From: an uncultured Candidatus Saccharibacteria bacterium
GTDB taxonomy: Bacteria > Patescibacteriota > Minisyncoccia > Phycocordibacterales > UBA12088
Assembly: GCA_964409035.1 (NCBI GenBank)
Contig: CAYPBQ010000002.1
Span: forward strand, 83,267-147,266
DNA length: 64,000 nt
Direction: 5' to 3'
How positions within the stretch are numbered: position 1 is the stretch's first letter; the number at the start of each line of letters is the position of its first letter. The notes beneath the pieces were generated by a model. That model worked only from the letters and a program-made list of their open reading frames with translations. It searched no databases and was not told where the DNA came from. Shown here piece after piece: positions 29,339 to 37,466 of this stretch. The position numbers were made by a program, and so were the translations under genes.

Positions 29339-30868
29339 ATGTCTACAACAATACTACTGCTCGTTATCGCCCTTGTTGGCGTAGCTGGGACAGTTTTCGG
29401 CTATTTTTTGCGTTGGATAATCTCTCTAGGAAAGAGGGGTTCTATGGAGCTTGAGATAAAGAAGATGATGCTCGAAGCAAGAGAAGAGAGTAAACGAATC
29501 ACTGAAGCTGCAGAGAAAAAGGCGCTAGAGATTACAGAAGAAAAAACACAAGAATTTAAAGAAAAAGAACGAGAATATAAAAAAACTGAGGAGCGCCTCA
29601 TTGCAAAGGAAAGTCTTTTGGATAAGCGCCAAATTGATATCGACAAAGAGGTCGAGGTGATTAAGGCGCAAGGAGTAGAAATAGCAACCACCAAAGAGAG
29701 ACTTGAATCTGAGCGAAAAAAGCAACTTGAGGAACTAGAACGAGTCGCTGGACTTTCAATGAAGGAAGCAAAAACTGAGCTTGAAAAGAAATTAGAGCAA
29801 GAATACGAAGAGGATCTCATGTTGCGTCTTAAGAAGCTTGAAATTTCAGGAAAGGAAAAACTAGAGAAGAAGGCGCAAGATATTCTTGTTACTTCGATTC
29901 ATCGAATGGGTAATAGCGTGGCACAAGATATCATGAGTACCGCGATACCAATTCCAAATGATGAAATAAAAGGAAAGATAATTGGTAAAGAAGGAAGAAA
30001 TATTAAGGCCTTTGAACGAGCCTCTGGGGTAGAAGTAATTATAGATGACACCCCTGGTTCAATTGTACTGTCGAGCTTTGACCCAGTACGAAGACAGGTT
30101 GCTCGTGTCGCACTTGAAAACCTCATCATTGATGGGCGTATTCAACCAGCAAAGATAGAGGAGATGGTTGAAAAAGCAAAAGAAGAAATAAACAAGATAA
30201 TCAAAGAAAAAGGCGAGCAAGCTGCGTATGAAGCGGGAGTATTAAATCTAGATTCTCGAACACTTGCAATACTTGGAAGGCTTCATTTTCGTACTAGCTA
30301 CGGGCAGAATGTACTGCAACACTCTGTTGAAATGGCTCACATAGCAGGCATGCTTGCAGCTGAGTTAGGTGCTGATGTACAAATTGCACGTGCCGGCGCT
30401 CTTGTTCACGATATTGGAAAGGCGTTAGATCACGAGGTGCAAGGATCTCATGTTGAGATAGGAAGAAGGATACTCCAAAAATTCGGTGAAGATGAACGCA
30501 TAATCAAAGCAATGCAAGCACATCATGAGGAATATCCATATGAAACTATTGAATCAATTATTGTGCAGGTAGCTGATGCAATATCAGGTGGTAGACCAGG
30601 TGCAAGACGTGATACGGTAGAAAATTACCTCAAACGACTTGCTGAGCTTGAAGCAATAGCAAACTCATTTGAAGGCGTAGACAGATCATTTGCCCTTTCG
30701 GCTGGGCGCGAGATTCGTATCTTTGTTCACCCTGAACAAGTATCTGATATACGAGCACACGAAATGGCACGAGATATTGCAAAGAAAATTGAATCAGACC
30801 TTAAATACCCTGGTGAAATTAAAGTCCACGTCATACGAGAAAATAGAGTTATTGAATACGCACGGTAA
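29339..30868 (+). CDS. rny: Ribonuclease Y
   Basis: N-terminal TM, coiled coil, KH (KGKIIGKEGRNI), HD (LVHDIGK), ADAISGGRPGAR. Confidence 0.97.
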   Translation: MSTTILLLVIALVGVAGTVFGYFLRWIISLGKRGSMELEIKKMMLEAREESKRITEAAEKKALEITEEKTQEFKEKEREYKKTEERLIAKESLLDKRQIDIDKEVEVIKAQGVEIATTKERLESERKKQLEELERVAGLSMKEAKTELEKKLEQEYEEDLMLRLKKLEISGKEKLEKKAQDILVTSIHRMGNSVAQDIMSTAIPIPNDEIKGKIIGKEGRNIKAFERASGVEVIIDDTPGSIVLSSFDPVRRQVARVALENLIIDGRIQPAKIEEMVEKAKEEINKIIKEKGEQAAYEAGVLNLDSRTLAILGRLHFRTSYGQNVLQHSVEMAHIAGMLAAELGADVQIARAGALVHDIGKALDHEVQGSHVEIGRRILQKFGEDERIIKAMQAHHEEYPYETIESIIVQVADAISGGRPGARRDTVENYLKRLAELEAIANSFEGVDRSFALSAGREIRIFVHPEQVSDIRAHEMARDIAKKIESDLKYPGEIKVHVIRENRVIEYAR

Positions 30869-30889
30869 TTGTTGCCAACCATTTACTTA

Positions 30890-30921
30890 GTACACACCCC
30901 CTGCATAGAAGGGGGTGTGTA
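30890..30921. terminator. Hairpin terminator after rny
   Basis: GTACACACCCCC...GGGGGTGTGTAC followed by GTTTT. Confidence 0.7.
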
Positions 30922-30983
30922 CGTTTTCATTGATACCTATTTTTTCAAAACTTGACAGTCGATATACAGAGGTATTTAATGAC

Positions 30984-31118
30984 CGGCTACCTTGAGAAGC
31001 AATACCCCTCTAGGTAGCCAAAAATGTCATACCCCTCCTTGCACCGGAACAAGGGGGCACAAGCACAAGTAACACTTGCAAGTGTGTATGAAGGTCGACA
31101 CGCACTGAGGTGTCCCTT
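30984..31118 (+). ncRNA. Candidate structured RNA
   Basis: TTGACA(30952)-17-TTTAAT promoter; hairpin GGCTACCT/AGGTAGCC, multibranch closed by TCATAC/GTATGA, hairpin GACAC/GTGTC. Confidence 0.35.
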
Positions 31119-31133
31119 AATGATAATACCGGT

Positions 31134-31349
31134 ATGACAATATTTAAAGCAGTTGGCCTTATAATATTTCTCTATGCGCTCACTATACTTATGCCAAGTG
31201 TGGTTGAGGCACTAGAAGAAAGCATTGTAGCAGTTCTGCATCTTATAGAATCACTTGCGGGAAACGCAGAGAATATAGAAATAACCAAACTCGGAAGCAC
31301 CGCTATTCAAATGGCACCGACAGTGATTATGACACCAGGACTACAGTAA
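31134..31349 (+). CDS. Small hypothetical membrane protein
   Basis: Hydrophobic N-terminus; GATAAT 6 nt before the ATG. Confidence 0.55.
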   Translation: MTIFKAVGLIIFLYALTILMPSVVEALEESIVAVLHLIESLAGNAENIEITKLGSTAIQMAPTVIMTPGLQ

Positions 31350-31910
31350 CGGACGAGTAACCGCTACTACAAAGCTTGTATAGTTAAACTTTAGATCTTG
31401 AATACTCTCTTCAAGTATATCAAGGTTGTATAGCTCTGCAGCACGACGTGGTGCTATTGCTGCAGTCGTATCAGGTAACGTACCGCTTGCTATATCCGCA
31501 GCTGCCTTAGCGGTGTCGGGATATTCAACCACTTCTACTCCGTGCCACTTTCTTTTTAGGTACATTCGACACTGCTTTAGTGCTTGATCATGCGAGGTGA
31601 TAGTCTTTATATGGTCTGCCGTAATACCCTTCTTTACTAAAAGATTGTGGTGTACATCAATTTCAAACATTTTTTCTATTGAAAAAACATACGCGGCCAT
31701 TGCGTGTACTGCCTCTATAACAATACCGCCATTTGAATTTTCAATTGGAAAAATTCCTTTATCAACCACTCCTGTAGTAAGAGCTTTTAACACATTGTCA
31801 GCGCTTACTAAATAGTGTATTTGGTACTCAGTAATGCCTTCACTATTTATATATGTCATCGCTGCCTCTTCGGAAAAACTTCCTTTAGCTCCTGAAATGC
31901 CTATATTCAT
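31341..31910 (-). CDS. Stand-alone prephenate dehydratase-domain protein (no ACT domain)
   Basis: G.KGSFSEEAA, FPIENSNGG, SHDQALKQC, DTAKAA, IQD...NYTSF. Confidence 0.88.
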   Translation of the reverse strand: MNIGISGAKGSFSEEAAMTYINSEGITEYQIHYLVSADNVLKALTTGVVDKGIFPIENSNGGIVIEAVHAMAAYVFSIEKMFEIDVHHNLLVKKGITADHIKTITSHDQALKQCRMYLKRKWHGVEVVEYPDTAKAAADIASGTLPDTTAAIAPRRAAELYNLDILEESIQDLKFNYTSFVVAVTRPLL

Positions 31911-32149
31911 AGCCAAACTATCGCACATACCACTCGACACTGCAACAATACAGACACATTATTTGCGTATAGCAATTTATGACAAAAATTTTTAACAATG
32001 TATCATAATTATTGTCAATAGTTACGCTATCCTCAAGCGCTCTATTGCAGTATTTTTTAGCTACGATACAATGCTCGCAGGTAAGGGTGTACGCACCCCA
32101 CACACCACACCCTCTCACTCGGGAGGTATTACTCAATAATTATTTGTTC

Positions 32150-32422
32150 ATGAACAAGCAAACATTGGCAGAAAAGGTTCACGAGACTATTGGTTGCACC
32201 AAGGCAGACGCTGAGCGTGCAGTAGAAGCAATAATCGATGGGATCGTAGAGGGAGTAAAGAAGGGAGGTGAAGTATCAGTTGCTGGTCTTGGTATTTTTA
32301 GCTCTAAGATGCGACCAGCACGCGCGGGACGAAATCCTCGCACTGGTGAGTCAATCAGCATCCCTGCTATGCGAGTACCTAAGTTCCGCGCAGCAAAGGC
32401 TTTCAAGGACTCTGTAAAATAG
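32150..32422 (+). CDS. hup: HU family DNA-binding protein
   Basis: MNKQTL, GLGIF, ARAGRNPRTGE, PKFRAAKAFKD. Confidence 0.95.
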   Translation: MNKQTLAEKVHETIGCTKADAERAVEAIIDGIVEGVKKGGEVSVAGLGIFSSKMRPARAGRNPRTGESISIPAMRVPKFRAAKAFKDSVK

Positions 32423-32475
32423 TTTCTATTTGCAGACGCACAAACAAAGACCGCCACATATGGCGGTTTTTGTTG

Positions 32476-33063
32476 TTACTTGTGTTTATTTCCTAAGCTT
32501 TTTAAAACTGCTGTAATTTTCATAATATTTTTATTTATTTGCACCACCTCATCTTCACCGGCTCGTATCCTGCCGCTTTCGTTTATCAAGAAAGTAATTA
32601 TTTCAAGTAACGGCAATACGACACTAATAATATAATCAATTTCAATTGACCAAGAAATCGGTCGGTAGTGAATTAAGGGGTTTCGTAAATTATCGTTAAG
32701 CGTTTTAATAGCCTTCTTATGTTCATTTTTTGCAACAAAAGGCTTCGCATTTATATACCCTGTCATCTGTTCTTTTTTCTGTACTAGATCAAAAGCTTCC
32801 TTAAAATCAATTAGTTTTCCTTCTTTTAAACCTATGGTATTCAGATATTTATCGTCCGCCCAAACTCCCGACAAATCACTGTTTTGGAGGGCAAAGAGCA
32901 TGAAGTGATAAATTGCATGATGAATTGCAACTATAAACCACTTCCAGTAGAACTGATCATTTTTTGTCTTTGATAAAAAAACTACCGCCTTTTGGAGTGA
33001 GTCAATTGCATTACTCTTTTCATCAATCCTAAAATAGTGATCATCCATAGGCTTTTTTGCCAT
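32476..33063 (-). CDS. AT-rich hypothetical protein downstream of tRNA-Gly (probably foreign)
   Basis: 195-aa ORF, visibly AT-rich; contains RNxxxH (LRNPLIH), a HEPN-like motif. Confidence 0.65.
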   Translation of the reverse strand: MAKKPMDDHYFRIDEKSNAIDSLQKAVVFLSKTKNDQFYWKWFIVAIHHAIYHFMLFALQNSDLSGVWADDKYLNTIGLKEGKLIDFKEAFDLVQKKEQMTGYINAKPFVAKNEHKKAIKTLNDNLRNPLIHYRPISWSIEIDYIISVVLPLLEIITFLINESGRIRAGEDEVVQINKNIMKITAVLKSLGNKHK

Positions 33064-33227
33064 GATTTAGTAACGTAACATTGTGGTACGGGAATTTCGG
33101 TCCTTGGAAACCTTCGGTTTTGGAGCGTTCGCTTTGCTCACTGCCTTCCTCCACAACAAGAGTATCCTCTCCCGACCCCTCTCATTCCGGTATCCCTCGT
33201 ATGTATAATGCCCTTTGGGCATGTATT

Positions 33228-33301
33228 TGGTGCGGGATACCGGAATCGAACCGGTACCTACTGCTTGGAAGGCAGTCATTCTACCACTAAACTAATCCCG
33301 C
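33228..33301 (-). tRNA. tRNA-Gly (TCC), CCA encoded
   Basis: GCGGGATTAGTTTAGTGGTAGAATGACTGCCTTCCAAGCAGTAGGTACCGGTTCGATTCCGGTATCCCGCACCA cloverleaf. Confidence 0.97.
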
Positions 33302-33329
33302 AATCACAATGTAGATGATTCTACCAAAT

Positions 33330-33364
33330 AACAACAAGTCCCGCCATAGAGCGGGACTTGTTGT
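33330..33364 (-). terminator. Hairpin terminator
   Basis: ACAACAAGTCCCGC-CATAGA-GCGGGACTTGTTGT. Confidence 0.75.
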
Positions 33365-33373
33365 CGCTAAGCC

Positions 33374-33517
33374 TTATTCTGACATGTCTGCGTCTTCTTC
33401 TTCGACAGCCACATCATCTGCCATATCACCGTCTGCTGCGTCATCCTCATTTTCCTCTTCCATAGAAACCTCCTCTGCGAACAAATGACTCAGATCAAGT
33501 AATTCTAGCGTTTGCAT
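33374..33517 (-). CDS. Very acidic 47-aa orphan protein
   Basis: MQTLELLDLSHLFAEEVSMEEENEDDAADGDMADDVAVEEEDADMSE; followed by a terminator; not in the ORF track. Confidence 0.6.
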   Translation of the reverse strand: MQTLELLDLSHLFAEEVSMEEENEDDAADGDMADDVAVEEEDADMSE

Positions 33518-33666
33518 ATATTATTCAGTTACTCAATATCGTACGATATTGTGTCTGATAAAAGGCTTCGCTTAAGAAGCGAATAAAAATAGTATACACA
33601 AAAATGCCCTATATTCAATTATCAGTGAGGCATTTCAGGTTCGCTAATAAGTGTTATACTCGGCGT

Positions 33667-34887
33667 ATGACGAATACAGCTCATCGCGTCGCGCTCCTTT
33701 CACTTAGCCTTTTCTTGTTGGTTATTTTTGGACTGCAGTCATTGTATGCGCCAAAAAAACAACTAACCCTTACTCAACACTCTACTAGCACTCCACCAAT
33801 GGAGGAGACTTCAATAGAAAAGGTTACCGCCCTTATAAAAGAGGAGATTACAGCGACAACCACTTCAACACTCCCTGTATTGCCAACAAAACAGGATTCA
33901 ACACCAACAAAAACAAAGAATGTAACTAGCTCAATTGCACCAAAGGAACCTGAGGAAGTTGTACCCGTTACCCCGGCAACGCTGAGCAAAACAGTAACCG
34001 AGACCCTCACTCCTCCCCTTCCGGTAGATATATTTCCGGTATCATTTTCAAGTATTAACGAAGATGTACGAGCATCGCTCGTCAATATACTTTGTGTAAC
34101 AAAATCTGGTGGACCGCTTATGCCTATTTCAGGATCAGGCATTATCATAGACGCTCGAGGGGTCATACTCACCAATGCACACATTGCTCAATATTTATTG
34201 CTTAAAGATTACATCGTAAAAGACTATGTTGAATGTATTATCCGCACAGGATCGCCAGCGTACCCTCTCTACACTACCGAGCTACTCTATGTATCCGAAG
34301 CGTGGATACGTGAAAACGCGGTACAAATTGATAGCGATAATCCCGTAGGTACTGGGGAACATGACTATGCCCTATTGCGAATTACCGGTACTGTTGATGG
34401 TGATGCAATTGGAGTAATTCCACACACTCCCGTAGATACAAAAGAGCTTGCAGTTGATGTGGGGTCTGAAGCGCTTGTTGCTGGTTATCCTGCAGGTTTT
34501 GTAGGAGGTATTACCATACAAAAGTCTCTCTACCCCGCATCAAGTGTCACCAGCGTGCGTGAAGTGTTTACCTTTGCCACCTCTACTGTTGACCTTATAT
34601 CAGTTGGCGGCAGTGTAGTAGCGCAAAAGGGCTCATCAGGAGGGGCGGTAGTGGGAAGAGATGGAAGATTAAAAGGTTTGGTAGTCACCTCAACACAAGC
34701 AGAATCAACCAATGACAGAGATTTGCGAGCGATCACACTCTCTCATATCAATAGAGATATAAAAATATCAACCGGCTATTCGTTAGGAGATTTTCTTTCA
34801 AGAAACCTATCTACTGAGTCACACCGATTTATTACTACGGTCGCGCCCACTCTCACTCGCCTACTTGAGAATGCGCTACGTGACTAA
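33667..34887 (+). CDS. Membrane-anchored trypsin-like serine protease
   Basis: GSGIII...LTNAH, HDYALL, KGSSGG catalytic triad; TM and Thr/Pro linker. Confidence 0.9.
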   Translation: MTNTAHRVALLSLSLFLLVIFGLQSLYAPKKQLTLTQHSTSTPPMEETSIEKVTALIKEEITATTTSTLPVLPTKQDSTPTKTKNVTSSIAPKEPEEVVPVTPATLSKTVTETLTPPLPVDIFPVSFSSINEDVRASLVNILCVTKSGGPLMPISGSGIIIDARGVILTNAHIAQYLLLKDYIVKDYVECIIRTGSPAYPLYTTELLYVSEAWIRENAVQIDSDNPVGTGEHDYALLRITGTVDGDAIGVIPHTPVDTKELAVDVGSEALVAGYPAGFVGGITIQKSLYPASSVTSVREVFTFATSTVDLISVGGSVVAQKGSSGGAVVGRDGRLKGLVVTSTQAESTNDRDLRAITLSHINRDIKISTGYSLGDFLSRNLSTESHRFITTVAPTLTRLLENALRD

Positions 34888-34898
34888 AAAGTGATTTC

Positions 34899-35999
34899 TT
34901 AGCTACGCATTGCTACATTTGTAACAAATGCGTGTAGTACCTCACGATATCGTGATACATCATTAATATCTATCCACTCTTCCTCACTATGAGCACCACC
35001 ACCGCGTGGATACGTAAGAAGTGAAGGAATACCGTACCGGGCAAAGTGGCGTGCGTCTGAGGCGCCGTGTGAGCGAGTCCATCCCATCTCTATACCATAG
35101 AGATTTCGTGCAATTTCAGCAAACAACTGTGCTTCTTTATTATGTGGTGAAATGCCACACGCTGGCTCATCCATGACTATGTGATATGAAACTCTCGCAT
35201 CTTTGGCGATTATAGTCTTTATACCCTCAAGCATTGCTTCTCTATCTGCTTCATCAATTACTCGTATATCAGCATGCACCACAGCCCTCTCTGGCACCTG
35301 ATTAACGGCTTCGCCTCCCTCAATACGAGAAAAGGTTATGGTTGAATGCCAGTGATGCTCATCCTCTGTGGTAAATGAAGAAACAAATTTGGTAATAGCA
35401 TCAATGGTGGTAAGTAGTGTAGTTATCGCATTATCCCCCAACCACGGCCGTGACGCATGCGCAGAAGAACCAACTGCTTCAATTTGAATTCGGATCATTC
35501 CTTTTGCATACTCCTCAAAGCACCACTCACCTCCTCCATCAGGAATAATCGCAAAGCCTCCTCTGTATCCCTCTTTTTCAAGCAACGCGCGCACTCCATC
35601 AAACCCTCCCACCTCTTCATCCGCGGTAATCATAAGGCCAAGGTCATATTGCGATACCCGATCCCCAAGCTCGCGCAAAATATCAATGTATAGTGCGATT
35701 GCAAACTTCATATCAAATGCACCTCGCCCTTTTAATACTCCATCTTCAATCTTTGAATGAAACAGTGTAGTAGCCCCTGGCACCACATCAATATGAGCAC
35801 TGAGCCAAAGCGTTGGAGATTTGGTTGCGGTACTTGTAGCTACAAGAGATTGATGTCCGCTATAGGTATACCGATGCAGGTGTAGTGGTACGTCACGTAG
35901 TTGTTCCTCTATAAAATCATATGCCATTGCCACCTCTGTATGGTTACCCGTAACCGTGTGAAAGGTGATTAACTTTTGGAGTGTTTCTAACAAATGCAT
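34899..35999 (-). CDS. M20/ArgE/DapE family metallopeptidase
   Basis: AHIDVVP, GRGAFDMK, DEEVGG, AHASRPW, SDARHF, AHSEEE. Confidence 0.92.
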   Translation of the reverse strand: MHLLETLQKLITFHTVTGNHTEVAMAYDFIEEQLRDVPLHLHRYTYSGHQSLVATSTATKSPTLWLSAHIDVVPGATTLFHSKIEDGVLKGRGAFDMKFAIALYIDILRELGDRVSQYDLGLMITADEEVGGFDGVRALLEKEGYRGGFAIIPDGGGEWCFEEYAKGMIRIQIEAVGSSAHASRPWLGDNAITTLLTTIDAITKFVSSFTTEDEHHWHSTITFSRIEGGEAVNQVPERAVVHADIRVIDEADREAMLEGIKTIIAKDARVSYHIVMDEPACGISPHNKEAQLFAEIARNLYGIEMGWTRSHGASDARHFARYGIPSLLTYPRGGGAHSEEEWIDINDVSRYREVLHAFVTNVAMRS

Positions 36000-36036
36000 A
36001 CTAGTGACTGTAAACCATTTATTACTATTTGAAAAT

Positions 36037-36070
36037 AAAGACACCATGCCGCACGTGGCGTGGTGTCTTA
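36037..36070 (-). terminator. Terminator of attenuated unit B
   Basis: AAGACACCATGCC-GCACGT-GGCGTGGTGTCTT with T-rich tail on the - strand. Confidence 0.7.
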
Positions 36071-36089
36071 TTGTCCCGAAACCGATATG

Positions 36090-36311
36090 CTACTTTGGAG
36101 GCTTTAACTGAGCACTAAGGTAATCACCTATCACTTGTAATGCGGCATCTCTACCATCCACGCCTAGGATGTTTATAGCGTGGCGCACTACTGATGGGTG
36201 TTGTTCAACGAACTTAAGGAAAAGCTTTATATCCATAGGATCTCTACCGAAAAGCATGGAGAAAGTGTCTATGATTTTATATTGCTGGGGTGTAAACACA
36301 CTGACGTCCAT
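36090..36311 (-). CDS. Orphan 73-aa protein downstream of the Ile/Leu/Val/Thr leader
   Basis: GAGGAG SD, MDVSVFTPQQYKIIDTFSMLFGRDP...; own terminator. Confidence 0.6.
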   Translation of the reverse strand: MDVSVFTPQQYKIIDTFSMLFGRDPMDIKLFLKFVEQHPSVVRHAINILGVDGRDAALQVIGDYLSAQLKPPK

Positions 36312-36414
36312 TTTATTCTCCTCAAAGAACTTCGCGAGCTCTCGCGACCAAGTCAATTGCGACCTGGAGTATCTGTCTATCTCCTGTAGGCAGATACTCC
36401 AAAGAACAATGTAT

Positions 36415-36445
36415 ACAAAAGCCCCTCTGTGGGAGGGGCTTTTGT
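36415..36445 (-). terminator. Attenuator terminator B
   Basis: 13-bp stem ACAAAAGCCCCTC/GAGGGGCTTTTGT; its 5' arm is also complementary to the end of the leader ORF (36470-36488). Confidence 0.75.
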
Positions 36446-36473
36446 TGATTTATAGTGTCTTGATTTATTTCAA

Positions 36474-36536
36474 CTAAAAGCGCCCTCCTTGTGGGAGTGT
36501 AATCAGTACGAGGGTAATCAGCGCTATTTGCTTCAT
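36474..36536 (-). CDS. Putative attenuator leader peptide MKQIALITLVLITLPQGGRF (Ile/Leu/Val/Thr-rich)
   Basis: ATG 6 nt after TACTAT of a TTGACA-16-TACTAT promoter (36543-36570); 10 of residues 4-14 are I/L/V/T; 3' end pairs with the terminator arm. Confidence 0.7.
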   Translation of the reverse strand: MKQIALITLVLITLPQGGRF

Positions 36537-36582
36537 AAAAATATAGTACCGAACCAAAAAATACTGTCAAGAATAATAGAGA

Positions 36583-36606
36583 AGACGGCGCCCAAGGGCG
36601 CCGTCT
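36583..36606 (-). terminator. Terminator of attenuated unit A
   Basis: AGACGGCGCCC-AA-GGGCGCCGTCT, T-rich tail on the - strand. Confidence 0.7.
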
Positions 36607-36643
36607 GTTTGGGGCATCATGCCCCGTGATAATCCGCAACACT

Positions 36644-36889
36644 TCAATCTTGCGGTGGTGTAACCGTATGAACCTCAGTAAAAATTACCACACCGCTTCT
36701 TCCATCTGGATCAGCGTCTGGCGCACTCGGGTAGATAGGTACATGTATCTTTGGAAATACAGGGAGTCTACTACCGCTACTACCCCAACCGATTGGAGTG
36801 GGCTTCCCCTCTCTACTAACAGATCCGCCATGGACTGGATCTCCAGGGACAGGCGACTGAACGAAAGCAAAACCCATTTTATCCGGCAT
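36644..36889 (-). CDS. Orphan 81-aa Pro/Gly-rich protein downstream of the aromatic leader
   Basis: AAGGAGG SD, MPDKMGFAFVQSPVPGDP...; own terminator. Confidence 0.55.
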   Translation of the reverse strand: MPDKMGFAFVQSPVPGDPVHGGSVSREGKPTPIGWGSSGSRLPVFPKIHVPIYPSAPDADPDGRSGVVIFTEVHTVTPPQD

Positions 36890-37031
36890 AAAAGCCTCCT
36901 TGCGTCGCCAGGGTCGACGCACTGTTTCCACTATTACCCCCTGGAGTGTGATCACCACACAATAACCACACTTCAGGGGGTAATACCTGATGAAACTTTT
37001 ACCTTTCTCCAAAGAACAATTCATCTACACG

Positions 37032-37060
37032 ACAACCGGCCCCTGTGTGGGGCCGGTTGT
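37032..37060 (-). terminator. Attenuator hairpin A (weak U-tract)
   Basis: 12-bp stem ACAACCGGCCCC/GGGGCCGGTTGT; its 5' arm is complementary to GGGGCCG in the leader ORF (37102-37108). Confidence 0.65.
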
Positions 37061-37088
37061 GTGTTTTTGAAGTATTTTATCTACAACA

Positions 37089-37157
37089 TTACGCACGCAT
37101 ACGGCCCCCAATCATTGGGAGTAGCCATGAAAATGCATACGCAAATACCTGTTGCAT
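37089..37157 (-). CDS. Putative attenuator leader peptide MQQVFAYAFSWLLPMIGGRMRA (Phe/Tyr/Trp-rich)
   Basis: ATG 6 nt after TACTAT of a TTGACA-18-(TGn)TACTAT promoter (37164-37193); F5, Y7, F9, W11; alternative helices with the downstream hairpin. Confidence 0.68.
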   Translation of the reverse strand: MQQVFAYAFSWLLPMIGGRMRA

Positions 37158-37221
37158 AAAAGGATAGTAACAAAGATGCTCTATCTGTGTCAAATATTAT
37201 GTGCTTGTTGAAAAAAAAATT

Positions 37222-37245
37222 GACCCCGGCACAAGTGCCGGGGTC
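37222..37245 (-). terminator. Intrinsic terminator
   Basis: GACCCCGGCAC-AA-GTGCCGGGGTC followed on the - strand by AATTTTTTTTT. Confidence 0.8.
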
Positions 37246-37304
37246 TGCAGGCAAAGCCTGCTCCGATGTCCTGGGGCCCGAGGGCCCCGCCGATGGTGTT
37301 GATG

Positions 37305-37466
37305 CTACGCTGACTTGCCGCCGTCGGGCCGTCGCGACTTGCCGGGGTCCTGGTGGCCGACGGTCGCCTGGCTGGTGTCGTGCCGGTGCGTCGTCGCGTT
37401 CCAGATGTCGGTCGCCTGGCTGTTGTCGAGCATCGCAAAAGAGGTAGGATGATCACTTCGATTCAT
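37305..37466 (-). CDS. GC-rich 53-aa orphan peptide with internal repeats
   Basis: GGAG SD; MNRSDHPTSFAMLDNSQATDIWNATTHRHDTSQATVGHQDPGKSRRPDGGKSA; TTGACT promoter near 37556. Confidence 0.45.
   Translation of the reverse strand: MNRSDHPTSFAMLDNSQATDIWNATTHRHDTSQATVGHQDPGKSRRPDGGKSA

Noticed and set aside
33067-33290. ORFs overlapping tRNA-Gly (also 42443-42700)
   Set aside because: Spurious frames across tRNA genes and their flanking elements.
36626-37159. 177-aa + strand ORF and 106-aa - strand ORF (36322-36642) spanning the attenuator region
   Set aside because: No SD or recognisable domain; they cross promoters and terminators that are better explained by the - strand units.
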